A stretch of 64,000 nt of DNA from Octopus sinensis (lineage: Eukaryota). Positions 37,105-49,860 of the stretch are shown piece after piece. Every line of letters starts with the position of its first letter. The first letter of the stretch is position 1. The stretch spans positions 49,662,001-49,726,000 of the forward strand of contig NC_043014.1 of assembly GCF_006345805.1 (NCBI RefSeq), read 5' to 3'. The translations under genes and the position numbers were made by a program. The notes below the pieces were generated by a model that saw nothing but the letters and a program-made list of their open reading frames with translations, searched no databases and had not been told where the DNA came from.

Positions 37105-37700
37105 CATCATCGTTTAATGTTCGCTTTCCATATTGGCATGGGTTGGATGGTTTGACTGAGGACTGGCAAGCCAGGATGCTGCACCAGGCTCCAATCTGAT
37201 TTGGCAAGGTTTCTACAGCTTGATGCCCTTCGCTAGCGCCAACCACTCCAAGAGTGTAGTGAGTGCTTTTTACTTGCCACTGGCACGGGAGCCAGTCAAG
37301 TAGCACTGGCATCGAGCACTCTTAAATGGTACTTTTTACATGCCACTGGCACAGGTGCCAGTCAGGCGGCACTGGTATCGGTCACATTTGAATGGTACTT
37401 TTTACATGTCACTGGCACGGGAGCCAGGCGGCACTGGTATCGGTCACATTCGAATGGTACTTTTTACATGCCACTGGCACAGGTGCCAGTCAGGCGGCAC
37501 TGGTATCGGTCACATTCAAATGGTACTTTTTACATGCCACTGGCACAGGTGCCAGTCAGGCGGCACTGGTATCGGTCACATTCGAATGGTACTTTTTACG
37601 TGCCACCAGCATGGCTCCCAGTCATGCAGCACTGGTATCCAACCATGCTCAAATGGTAATTTTTTACGTGCCACCCGCATAGGAGCCAGTCAAGTAGGAT
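37105..37700 (-). mobile_element. SINE family D with expanded 62-67 bp internal tandem (5-6 units)
   Basis: ggta(c/a)ttttt at 37328, 37394, 37456, 37522, 37588 and 37655. Confidence 0.88.
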
Positions 37701-38012
37701 TGGTATGACAACATTTATTACTCAATTGGCACACATAGGTTATTCCAAGTGACTGAAATGGGATTCCTTTGAAGGATCTCTGGAGTAATGTTACTTGACA
37801 GGGTGTGTAGCTTGGAGATCAGGGGCTCCAGGTCATGCCACTACTTGTCTGCAATAAGAAGTCATAGCTCTGGTTCTATGGATATGATTACAGAGTTGCA
37901 GGAAAGGATCACAGATGGATTCTTCAAGCCAGCCCAACTGACAGGAGACCTAGAAATTATGTTAAAAACTGCCATTCAAACCGAAAAGATCCAGATATTT
38001 TAGGCACTGAGA

Positions 38013-38395
38013 ATCATCATCATCATCGTTTAGCATCCGCTTTCCATGCTAGCATGGGTTGGACGGTTCAACTGGGGTCTGGGAAGCCAGAAGGCTGCAC
38101 CAGGCCCAGTCAGATCTGGCAATGTTTCTATGGCTGGATGCCCTTCCTAACGCCAACCACTCCGTGAGTGTAGTGGGTGCTTTTCACATGTCACCGACAC
38201 AGGTGCCAGACGAGGCTGGCAAACGGCCACGATCGGATGGTGCTTTTTACGTGCCACTGGCACAGGGGCCAGTCGAGGCTGGCAAACGGCCACGATCGGA
38301 TGGTGCTTTTTACGTGCCACCGGCACAGGGGGCCAGTCGAGGCTGGCAAACAGCCATGATCGGATGGTACTCTTTACGTGCCACCGGCAGGAACG
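38013..38395 (-). mobile_element. SINE family D
   Basis: Conserved body with internal repeats. Confidence 0.88.
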
Positions 38396-38399
38396 TTGA

Positions 38400-38870
38400 G
38401 GGGATTTTCAGGTATGACAAACACTGTGATTCCGCAATCCAAGAACGAGGTCACTATACCATAAGTCTTTTTTAAAGTCAGCCCATGCCAGCCATGCACC
38501 ACCTAGTCAGCAGTTCCTTCCAGTTCTTCCTCACCATTTCGTCAATGGTCAGACGGTCTTTGGTGCCTTTCAAATATTTCCTGCAATCTTTTTGATCAGT
38601 TGGTAATAATTTGGTTTTTTCATCAAATGATGATAGTATGATTTTCTCAGTAACAATTGTTGTCTGTTCGTAAATTTCCAGTTCTGATTAAGGAAGGTGA
38701 TTGGCTGATAATTCTCCGCTGCCTTTCCTTTCATTGGATCTTTCATAATCATAAGTTGTTCCATTCATTTTCTTTCCATTCCTTATATTACTCATTCAGT
38801 CTGGTGATTTCTCATTTGACTAAGGATTTTCAGATCATTTTATCTCAAATCTGTGGATCCCGTCTAGTCG
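38400..38870 (-). pseudogene. RTE-X-type LINE reverse transcriptase fragment, frameshifted
   Basis: IMKDPMKGKAAENYQPIT..NWK; KGTKDRLTIDE; degenerate AW.D.KKAYD-like motif. Confidence 0.75.
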
Positions 38871-38874
38871 TGTG

Positions 38875-38935
38875 GCTTTCTTCTTCTTCTTCTTCGTCTT
38901 CTTCCTCTTCTTCATCTTCTTCTTCTTCTTCTTCG

Positions 38936-38967
<32 letters not shown>

Positions 38968-39410
38968 TCTTATCTTCTTCTTTTCTTCTTCTTCTTCTTC
39001 TTTTCGTCTTCTTCTTCTTCTTCGTCTTCTTCTTCTTCTTCTTCTTCTTCGTCTTCTTCTTCTTCTCTTTTTTCTTCTTCGTCTTCTTTCGTCTTCTTCT
39101 TCTTCTTCTTCTTCTTGTCTTCTTCTTCCTCTTTCTTCTTCTTGTCTTCTTCTTCTTCTTCTTCTTCTCTTTGTCTTCTTCTTCCTCTTTCTTCTTCTTC
39201 GTCTTTTCTTCTTCATCTTCTTCTTCTTCTTCGTCTTCTTCTTCTTCTTCTTCTTCTTCTTCTTCTTCTTCTTCTTCGTCTTCTTCTAATTCCTCGTCTT
39301 CCGCTTCTTCGTCTTCTTTTCCCCCTTCTTTATCTTCTCCATCTCCTTCTTCTTCTTCAATTCTTCTTCTTCCTCCTCCTCTTCCTTCTCCTCCCCCTCC
39401 TCCTTCTTTC
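38875..39410. repeat. ~540-bp (TTC)n/(TCT)n tract
   Basis: Direct inspection. Confidence 0.95.
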
Positions 39411-39572
39411 TAGGACTACACTAAGGTGTCTTTCCTTGTTGCTTAATTCTAGGTCAATAAATTGAGTATCAGTCATGTACTGGGGTCAATGTGATTGACT
39501 TCCCCTTCCCCACAAATCTCAGACCTTGTGCCCACAGTAGAAAGGATTATTATTACTATTATTATTATTATG

Positions 39573-39790
39573 AAGGCTTCGAGTTGGCAGAATCGGTAGC
39601 ATGATGGGCAAAATGCTTAGTGGCATCTCCTCTGTCTTTTATGTTTGAGTTCAAATTCTGCTGAGATCAACATTGTCTTTCATCCTTTTGAGGTCAATAA
39701 AATAAGTACCAGTTGAATACTGGGGTCGATGTAATTGATTTATCCTCTTCTCCCCCAAAATTGCTGGCCTTGTGCCAAAATTTGAAATCA
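39573..39790 (+). mobile_element. SINE family B variant (aaattgctggccttgtgccaaaatttgaaa tail)
   Basis: B head and core with an alternative tail; similar copies at 40215-40428, 43955-44170 and 54022-54235. Confidence 0.8.
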
Positions 39791-40171
39791 TTATTATTAT
39801 TATTATTATTATTCTATGTTTGACTTTTGCTTTATATTTGTACAAGTTGGCTCCAAGTCTCACCCAGAGACCTTAACAGGTTGGAAGTTCATGTTGTTGT
39901 TATGCCTAGTGTGCCATATATTTGGTTTTGTATTTTGTGTTATACTAGTGAATGTCAAAAAAAAAAACAAAGAAAAAACGAAAATTATGATTGTTTTAAA
40001 ACTTAAGATTACATAGAAAGTATTTTGCATAGGATATGAGCAGTTCCCATGATCACTATCTTTTGAATTTCTGCCATTTTGGAGTTTCCTGGTATCTGAG
40101 TTAGGTAGCAATCAGCCCCTTTTGCTATCATTCCAAGGGCACCTATGACAACAGGTATTGTTTTTTTATTA

Positions 40172-40216
<45 letters not shown>

Positions 40217-40605
40217 GGTGTCAAGCTGGCAGAATTTTTAGCACACCAGGCAAAAACGCTTTGCGACATTTTGTCCGTCTTTACGTACTGAGTTCAAATT
40301 CCATTGAGGTCAACTTTACCTTTCATCTTTTCGGGGTCAATAAAATACACACTAGTTGAACACTGGGGTCGATGTAATTGACTTAACTCTGCCCCTGAAA
40401 TTGCTGGGTTTGTACCAAAATTTGAAATTATTATTATCATTATAATAATGCTACTTTACGTCTAGGTTGACTTTGCCATTCATCCTTTCAGGGTCAAGAA
40501 CATTAAGTACCTGTGAAACACTGGGGTTGATGTAATCACCTTATCCTATAGTTAAAAGGATTATTATTATTAATTATTTTTATTATTATTATTATCATTA
40601 TTTGT

Positions 40606-40850
40606 GGAGGCTTAGTGGTTAGGGTGTCAGCGTCATGATCGTAAGATTGTGGTTTCGATCCCTGGACCGGACGACGCGTTGTGTTCTTGAGCAAAACACT
40701 TACATTTCACGTTACTCCAGTCCACTCAGCTGGCAAAAATGAATAATGCTGTGATGGACTGGAGTCCCGTCCAGCTGTGGAACACATACGCCATAGAAAC
40801 CGGGAAACCGGGCCCATGAGCCTGGCTAGGCTTTAAAAAAGGGCGCATTT
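40606..40850 (+). mobile_element. SINE with CORE-like head
   Basis: gtgttcttgagcaaaacact...ccagtccactcagctgg. Confidence 0.85.
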
Positions 40851-40857
40851 ATTTTTA

Positions 40858-40898
<41 letters not shown>

Positions 40899-41149
40899 CA
40901 TTATTATTATTATTATTATTATTACCAACAGCAGCAGCAGAAACATTATAACAAGAATTATACACAGAATAATCATTGTCGGTGTCTTCACCATCATTAT
41001 CAGCATCATCACATCATCATCATCATCATCAACAACAACATCATTGTCACCACCACCACCACCACCACCATCACTATCATCATCATCATCATCTGATATT
41101 AGTAACACAAACATCACTGAAAATACTAGAAAAACCTTTTACTGGATAA

Positions 41150-41161
41150 ATGTACACAGTT

Positions 41162-41216
<55 letters not shown>

Positions 41217-41318
41217 TGCATGCATGCATAACTATGTATACATATGCACAGATTGTTAGATACATGCATACACCTATATACACACACACACACATACATA
41301 CAAATATACATACATACA

Positions 41319-41354
<36 letters not shown>

Positions 41355-42020
41355 TATACATACACACAGATTGATATGCTGATAGATAGACAGATACATA
41401 CACTTGCACATACACACACGCACACACACACACACACACGCATACCTGCATAGCACCTCCCGACACACACACACATCACCCTAATCCCGTTACATACACA
41501 TTTACATATAAATATGTTTACACACGCATTAAATATACACATACACAAATATATATACACACACACACACACGTATAAAGCCATACACACACACACATAA
41601 ATACACACACACACACACACATACACACACATACACACACACACACACGTATAAAACCATACACACACACACATAAATACACACACACACACATACATTT
41701 ATAAACACACACACACACACGTATAAAACCATACACACACACACATAAATACACACACACACACACACATACATTTATAAACACACACACACACACACAC
41801 ACACACGTATAAAACCATACACACACACACATAAATACACAACACACACACATACATTTATAAATATACACACACACACATATAAAGCTATACACACGTG
41901 CACATAAATACACACACACACACACATACACTTATAAATATACACACACATACACACACACACACACATACACACACACACACACACATAAAGCTATACA
42001 CACGTGCACATAAATACACA

Positions 42021-42051
<31 letters not shown>

Positions 42052-42072
42052 GTACACACACACACACACACT
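41150..42072. repeat. (CA)n-based minisatellite with ~60-bp higher-order unit
   Basis: Recurring cacacgtataaaaccatacacacacacacataaatac. Confidence 0.9.
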
Positions 42073-42383
42073 TAGTTTTATCCAATTTTATGATTTATTA
42101 ATCTCTCGTATCTTTTGACACCATACGATTTAATAGTATGTACATCCGGTTATTACCCGGATGTACATTAGGTCAATGTTTGGACGCCATGTTGCTTTTT
42201 GACTCTATTGTTGTTTTCTTTCGGTTTCTTTATTTATTTATTTCGTTCTTTGTTTGTTGTTGTTTTTCTTTCTTTTCTTTTCTTTTCTTTTCTTGTGTCT
42301 TTTTTTTTTTTTTTAATCTTTTGCTGAAATTCTGAGAGTGTCGTGTATCTTTTGCTCCCGATAGCTTCATTACACATTTCATT

Positions 42384-42625
42384 ATGCTGGACGTCGTCGC
42401 CGCCGCCACCACCACCACCACCACCACCACCACCGCCGCCACCGCCGCCGACGCCACCGCCGTCACCACCACCATTGCCATACGCGTCCGCCACCACCGC
42501 CGCCACAGCCATCACCACTGTTACTTGCTTCACTCACGCCACCGCAACCATCATCACCACCGCCGTCGCCAGTACCACCATCACCACTCCCCCTCCCCCC
42601 TCCTCATCGTCGTCATCATGTTATC

Positions 42626-42663
<38 letters not shown>

Positions 42664-42664
42664 G

Positions 42665-42707
<43 letters not shown>

Positions 42708-42730
42708 GGTGGTGGTAGTAGTAGTAGTTG
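42384..42730. repeat. CpG-rich (GCC/ACC)n and (GTA/GTG)n triplet tract
   Basis: Direct inspection. Confidence 0.85.
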
Positions 42731-43027
42731 ATGCAGTTGTTATTGTTGCTGATGTTGTTCGGTGTACAGCATTGGGGCCCCCATTGCAGTTGTTGCTGTG
42801 ATATCGAACCCCTGCTCTTGCTGTTGCTGTTGCGACTACCAGTTCGGGGATCATCTTGGAAGCAATAAGGAATGAAGTGTCACTAGAAATGCTTCACCAA
42901 TGCTTTAACGAGCAGAAGCACCTGACACCTTATTTTCTGTTCCTGAACACCTTCATCACATCCGTTGAATATTGACTGGACGATGGAGAGAGTGCAGCAT
43001 GTGCATAGTGTCATAATGCTGTTGAGA

Positions 43028-43362
43028 CCCCCATCCCTCAGTCATAACTGACCACGGAATTGCACCTAGAAAGTTACCCTCCCAGGCACAACTCTGGGCA
43101 AGGTGTTTCTGGAAGACCAGCAGTCGCCCATGCATACCAGCCTTCCCTCTCCACGCCACTGATGTCATCCAAGGGAAAGGCAAGGGGCCGATACAGCATG
43201 GCACCTGTGACGTCGCAACTCATTTCTGCAGCTGAGTGAACTGGAGCAACGTGAAATAAAGTGTCTTGCTCAAGAACACCACACGCAGCCCGGTCTGGGA
43301 TTCGAACTCACAACCTCACGATCGTAAGCTTGATGCTCTAACCACTGAGCCATGTGCCTTCA
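43028..43362 (-). mobile_element. SINE family F (CORE-like)
   Basis: tRNA-like head, gtgttcttgagcaagacactt core, ctaggtgcaattccgtggtca tail. Confidence 0.88.
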
Positions 43363-43473
43363 CAGTGTCATAATACACCGCGTATAATGCACCATTGAGT
43401 GTTGCAGTGTGTGCATGGGACAATAGAGTGCAACAGGTCCAGACTGACTTAATGCACCCCCATTTACACTTAC

Positions 43474-43880
43474 ACTCTTACTCTTTTACTTGTTTCAGTC
43501 ATTTGACTGCGGCCATGCTGGAGCACCGCCTTTAGTCGAGCAAATCGACCCCAGGACTTATTCTTTGTAAGCCTAGTACTTATTCTATCATTTTCTTTTT
43601 TGCCGAACCGCTAAGTTACGGGGACGTAAACACACCACCATCGGTTGTCAAGCGATGTTGTGGGGGGACAAACACAGACACACAAACATAGACACACACA
43701 CATATGTATATATATATACGACAGGCTTCTTTCAGTTTCCGCCTACCAAATCCACTCACAAGGCTTTGGTCAGCCTGAAGCTATAGTAGAAGACACTTGC
43801 CCAAGGTGCCACGCAGTGGGAATGAACCTGGAACTATGTGGTTGATAAGCAAGCTACTTACCACACAGCCACTCCTACGC
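43474..43880 (-). mobile_element. SINE family A, full length
   Basis: Complete reverse-complement copy. Confidence 0.92.
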
Positions 43881-44242
43881 TTATACTATGCTAAAATTGG
43901 AACGGTTTAATGAATTATGCATGTCAATGTGTGCAGTGTTGCCTTGTACAGAGCTGGAAGAATCATTACTGCTTTGGACAAAATGTTTAGCAGCATCTCT
44001 TCTGACGTCATGTTCTGAATTCAGATTTTGCCACGGTCAGCTTTGTCTTTCATCCTTTTGGAGTTAATAAAATAAGTACCAGTTGAACACTGGAAGCAGG
44101 GGTTTCCAGTGTAATTCAGTAACCCTGTCCTCACAAATTTCTGGGTTTGTGCCTATGATAGGAACAATTTCTTATCCTCAAACAGAAGTAGTGTATAATT
44201 GGAACAATAAAACTGTGTGACAAGTGTAGTGTTTCAGCTGAC

Positions 44243-44690
44243 TCATCATCATCATTGTTCGACCATGGTCGAGACAATGGAATTTACTATGTTACGCTAG
44301 ACTTCACGGTCCATCATAGCATAACGGAGGTCCTGTTGCTGGATGCCTGTATCCCTGGAAATTACATCAGGGTAGGAGAGTGTGCGCCCTCTGGTATCGC
44401 GAGCAGATGGCTTCCAGAGGAAAAGAGTAGAAATTACCTCGTTTTCAGCTCTACAACAATGTCCAGCAAACTGGACTCTTCTACCTTTCACAAGAGATGA
44501 CACAGGTGGTAGTTTCCCATATATTTGCACTTTGGCTGGATGATGCTTCCACGAGAGATTTTGAGCTCCCATAAGGAGGCGAGTGTAAGTTCCATCCAAC
44601 CGCCTCTCAAGCTTCTTTAATAACGTCCAGGTTTCTGAGCCATATAGTAGAATTGGTTCGACTGTGGCTTTGAAGATTTTAAGTTTGAAA
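44243..44690 (-). mobile_element. RTE/RTE-X-type LINE 3' end with (GAT)n tail
   Basis: KIFKATVEPILLYGSETWTL..RLDGTYTRLL..QFAGHC..DREV. Confidence 0.88.
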
Positions 44691-44727
44691 TCTCTACTTA
44701 GATTTGATGACTACCTCTGTGACTTGA

Positions 44728-44927
44728 CCTGTTTAGCATTCAAACTGGCCATAGCCGGTCAAAATATTCTACTAGTTTTATGTTCAAACCGGCCCAATCT
44801 GGTCCTTCACGCCTGCCCTACAATGTCATTGCAATCTTCAAATTATAAGATAATGCATGATTAATTCAAAACAATGGGAATAAATATGCATTAGATTCGC
44901 CAGAGTAATCTGAATGCTAAACAGTTA
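44728..44927. mobile_element. piggyBac-like MITE (family of 33142-33680)
   Basis: tttagcattcaaactggcc...aatctgaatgctaaacagttaa. Confidence 0.7.
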
Positions 44928-45177
44928 AGGCTGTTAAGCTCAAAGATAACATAATCTTGACCAAGGCTGTCCTGCAACATTCCATTGTCCTGCAACATTC
45001 TGTTGTCCACTCACACTTCACCATTCTATGATACTCTACCAGCTAACTATATACACATACAGGGTGTTTGGGTTAGGTTTGACGATTTTTTTTGTCATGT
45101 CTCCTTTTTTCGGGAACAGCTTGGTGTATTGGTGAATAGTCTCTAGCAGCATTAGAGAGCATAAAAACTCAAGTTCA

Positions 45178-45690
45178 TCATCATCATCATCGTTTAATGT
45201 CCGCTTTCCATGCTAGCATGGGTTGGACGATTTGACTGAGGGCTGAAGAACCAGATGGCTGCACCAGGCTTTAATCTTGATCAGGCAGAGTTTCTACAGC
45301 TGGATGCCCTTCCTAACACCAACCACTCCGAAAGTGTAGTGGGTGCTTTTTACATGTCACTGGCACAGGGCCAGTCAGGCGGTACTGGCAATGACCTCGC
45401 TCGAGTCTTTTACACATGCCATCGGCACAGGTGCCAGTAAGGCGATGCTGGTAACGATCACGTTCGAATGGTGTCTTTTACATACCACCGGCACGGAGGC
45501 CAGAAAGCCGCTCTGGCAACGATCATGCTTGGATGCTGCTCTTAACACCTTACTAGCATGGGGCTTGAGTGCCACTAAGGCAACACTGGTAACGATCACA
45601 CTCGAATGGTGCCTTTTATGTGCCACTGGCACAGAGGCCGGTTAGCCGCTCACACTCGTATGGTGCTCTTTGCACCCAGCTAGCAAAGCC
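45178..45690 (-). mobile_element. SINE family D, long copy
   Basis: Conserved body with internal repeats. Confidence 0.85.
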
Positions 45691-46099
45691 CTGTGAATGG
45701 ATTTGATACAGGGAAACTGTCATCTTGAAGGATTAGAAAGGCTGGCACAGGACCGCCAATTATCAGGAACACTGCTAGACCTGATTGACTCTATGCATAA
45801 TGATGACTCTGGGACTCTTATCTTGGAACGACTCCAACCCTATCAAGCAAGAGCGGGAATGAGTGACGAGTGAGGAAAGTCACTTCTCCCTTTCCCAAAC
45901 AAACCGGATGAATGGAGCGAGTCTCACATGGGTCTGGCACTTTTTCATCCACCCCACTGGGGCCATCCAACTACCCAGTCAGACCCCCCCCCCGCCAGTC
46001 ACCATTTCACCACCCAGTTATGAATCATTCTCAGCTCAACTTCCTCACACAGTGACAATCCTCCACAAACCATTCCACACTTTAGCCTCACTTCACTAC

Positions 46100-46625
46100 C
46101 ATGCTCTACTCTACTCTCTAGCTTCAACTTACACTCCAGCACCACTCCAATCTTAAGCTTCACTTCTCAATTCCACCACTCCACTATCTAGCTCCACCTT
46201 GCTCTCCACCACCACTCTGCTCTCTATTAGCACACTCCACTTGTCAGCTCCACTCCACTCACAATTTCCACTGATCTCCACCCCCACCTCCATTTTCCAT
46301 CACCTCTTCACTCACCCAATTCACTTCTTCCACAGTCTCCAGCTCCACTCCACCCCACTCCACTCCACTCTCCAGCACCACTCCACCCCACTCTCCAGCA
46401 CCACTCCAATCTTAAGCTCCACTTCCCAATGCCACCACTCCACCACCACTCTGCTCTCTATTAGCACACTCCACTTGTCAGCTCCACTCCACTCACAATT
46501 TCCACTGATCTCCCACCCCCACCTCCATTTTCCATCACCTCTTCACTCACCCAGTTCACTTCTTTCTCTACAGTCTCTCCAGCTCCACTCCACTCCACTC
46601 TCCAGCTCCACTCCACTCCACCATC
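46100..46625. repeat. (CTCCA)n-rich tandem duplication, ~235-260 bp, two copies
   Basis: accactccaatcttaagc at 46141 and 46400; ctctattagcacactccacttgtcagc duplicated. Confidence 0.85.
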
Positions 46626-46969
46626 TGTTGGTAATAAATCCCCTTCAAATGTTGACTTTATCTTGAGACAGAAAATATTGTAACATTCAAAGGACACAAA
46701 TCCTGTTCTTGTTATTCTTGTTCTTGTTGTTGATGCTGCTGCTGCTGTTGTTGTTGTTTTTGATGTTCTCATTCAATTTCTCCCGTCTCTTTCATTTTTT
46801 CCTTCCTTCCTTCCTTCTGCCTTTCTTTTCTCTCTTTGCTTCTTCCTTCCTTTATCCATTTATCCATTCCTTTATTTCATTCTCTTTTCCTTTCTTTAAT
46901 TCTTCTGTTTTCTTCTTCAAATGTCCATTAACCTACGTGATGTAAAAGGAGATCGATCGGTCAAAGAAC

Positions 46970-47019
<50 letters not shown>

Positions 47020-47389
47020 CAACAACAACACTAACATAATAATGTGGATTCCGTTTCTGGTGGCCATTGTCACACTGAGCCCTTCCCTTCAGCCCCTTTC
47101 ACCACCCACCTATACAGTTAAGTGCAATCGCGTTAGAAAACCTTGACACACATATATCATCATAGTTACCTTCACAGGAGACTTTTTTCTCTCTCTCGTT
47201 TTTTTATTATATTCTGTTTCTTTTTTTATTTTATTTTATTTTATTTTATTCTTTAATAAATATTCTTAAATTAAAAAAAAAAAAATTGTCTCTTTATCTA
47301 TTGGATCGTTGAAATGCCATAAAGGATACATCCGTCTACAGACATACGCAGCCAACGTATGTCTGTATGCATGTGTGTGTGTTTGTGTG

Positions 47390-47870
47390 TCCGGGATGGC
47401 GTGATGGTTTGACTTGTGTGTGACATGGTTTAAGGTGAGGTAGGGCTTGCACAATGTCATCTGCTTCATGCCCTCGTCCCTTCCTATTTGACTCCAGTAT
47501 GGCAGGACAGAGTCAAGACGACTAGAGATAAGTTGGAGTGTAGTGGATGGCCACGCTGTCCTTCGTGTCTCAATATCCTGTTTGCGCGCCACAGCACTTG
47601 TTGGTCCACTCTCCTGCCTGTCGAACCAATCTGGTGGTTTCCCCTGCACAGTTTGCTGGATTCAGTCTTCACATGCATAGGTAGGCAGGCCCTAGTTCAC
47701 CAAGGTTTCGAGAGCTGTCAGCTACCCTCACCATGGTTTACCCAGCCTGTGGAAGCTGTTGGCCCGGGTGTGGCCACTGTTGCATGTTGATAGCTTCAAG
47801 GAGCCACAGGAGAGAGCTGGGTGTCAGGCGAGGATCAAAGCAGACAAACTACTCTGAAGAGCACCACATT
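47390..47870 (-). mobile_element. Non-autonomous RTE-BovB-type derivative (5'UTR plus 3'UTR, no ORF)
   Basis: tcgcctgacacccagctctctcctgtggctcc...ggtgagggtagctgac 5'UTR-like block, recognised from memory. Confidence 0.55.
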
Positions 47871-47879
47871 TCCCAATTA

Positions 47880-48460
47880 GGTGAGGGTAGCTGACAGCTC
47901 TCAAAACCTCGGTGAACTTCAAGACTTGGATGATTTATGAGCACTACACCATACAGCTAAACTACTTCCACATGAACTGCCTGAGAAAGCTGTTGAATAT
48001 CACCTGGTGAGACAAGGTCTCAGACATGGAGGTCCTATGTCGAGCTGACCTGCCAAGCATTTACACGCTACTGAGGAGAATGCAAGTCAAGTGGGCAGGC
48101 CACTTGTTTGACTGATGAATCCCTAAGAGACTGCTTTACAGTGAACCGGCAGAAAGCAAGTGCACACAAGGTGGACAGAAAAAGCGCTTTAAGGATACGC
48201 TCAATGCCTCACTGAAAAACTTTGAGATCAACCCCAACACCTGGGAGCCACAAGCACAAGACTGCCCTGCCTGGCAAGCCCGCACTAACAGGGGTACCAT
48301 CTGCTATGAACAAGATTGCTAGGGCAAAAAGGAAACATGAAGGGCCAACTCTTTGCCTTCAGTACCAGCAGATCATCGGTGCCCAACCTGTGACAGGGCC
48401 TTCTGAGTGTGCAACAGCCTGGTCAGCCACAGTGGGACACAGTGTGCTCTGACAATGATG
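47880..48460 (+). mobile_element. Internally deleted RTE-BovB LINE: short 5'UTR piece fused to RT C-terminus
   Basis: FHMNCLRKLLNITW*DKV..WAGHL..PKRLLYSE..GGQKKRFKDTL..CPTC. Confidence 0.85.
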
Positions 48461-48913
48461 GCTGAACTAATGTGTGTGTGTTAGATTGAGTTCAGTATGT
48501 AAACTGGTACTTTATTTTGCCAACTCTAGAGGGCAAAATCTTGGTAGATCTCAACATTGACCTTCAGCCTTCCAGAGTACTTATTTTCTAAGTTTAGCAC
48601 TTAGCCTGTTGGTCTCTTTTGCAAAACTAAAATGTTACAGGGATATAAACAAACCAACACCAGAGGACAAAGATAAGCAAAAGACCCCACCTCACACACA
48701 CACAAATAAATATACACACATATATATGTATAAGATATAGATTCAGAGAATCATGTGGCTATCATAGAAAGCTCCTCTAATGGACTCGGCTATCAGTCCA
48801 CATAGTAATCCAGTGCAAAGAAATGTAACGTAGAGGGTCCTTGCAGCTGAAATGCAGATCAAAATTTGCATTGATTTGTGAATGCACATCAATATGAATT
48901 TGTGTGTGTGTGT

Positions 48914-48945
<32 letters not shown>

Positions 48946-49282
48946 AGGACAGAGGGTTGGTGTCTCCTTGTCACACGATAGTTGTAAATAAGTGTCCCCG
49001 TCGTAAAAGCAGTGTCCTTTATTTCCAAACATTCATAGGAACATGTCCAGAAAAAGGGGAAATATTTACCTTGTTTGGAAACAGGAAGGCCATCTGGCTG
49101 TAGAAAATCTATGCCGGCAAATTCCATCCAATCCATGCAAGCATGGAAGAGTGGATGTTAAAACAACGATGATGATGTATACTGAAACACATCCTACTTG
49201 GGGTACCAGAAACCACAGGCTTGGCTCTGACCTCTCAGCCTCAGTACAAGGGCCTTTGTTTGCAAGGTGGTATAAGGTTTGC

Positions 49283-49860
49283 AAGGTGGCGAGCTGGCAG
49301 AAACGTTAGCACACTGGGCGAAATGCTTAGCGGTGTTTTGTCTGCCGCTATGTTCCGAGTTCAAATTCCGCCGAGGTCAACTTTGCCTTTCATCATTTCG
49401 GGGTTGATTAAATAAGTACTAGTTACGCACTGGGGTCGATATAATCGACTTAATCCGTTTGTCTGTCCTTGTTTGTCCTCTCTGTGTTTAGCCCCTTGTG
49501 GGCAGTAAAGAAATAGGTATTTTGTCTGCCGTTATTTCTGAATTCAAATTCCGCCGAGGTCGATTAAATAAGTACCAGTTATGCACTAGGGTCAATATAA
49601 TCAACTTAATCTGTTTATCTGTCCTTGTTTGTCCTCTCTGTGTTTAGCCCCTTGTGGGTAGTAAAGAAATAGGTATTTTGTCTGCCGTTATTTCTGAGTT
49701 CAAATTCCGCCGAGATTGACTTTGCCTTTCATCCTTTTGGGGGTCAATTAAATAAGTACCAGTTACGCACTGGGGTCGATATAATCGACTTAATCCGTTT
49801 GTCTATCCCTGTTTCTCCTCTCTGTGTTTAACCCCTTGTGGGTAGTAAAGAAATAGGTAT
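49283..49860 (+). mobile_element. SINE family B trimer with 8-bp flanking repeat ggtataag
   Basis: aaatag at 49511, 49667 and 49851; ggtataag at 49269-49276 and 49856-49863. Confidence 0.92.

Noticed and set aside
38657-39465. Long Ser/Phe/Leu or Arg/Glu ORFs
   Set aside because: Translation of a (TTC)n tract
41089-42101. Multiple Cys/Val or His/Thr ORFs (also 21789-23260, 31589-32639)
   Set aside because: Translation of (TG)n, (CA)n and (TA)n repeats
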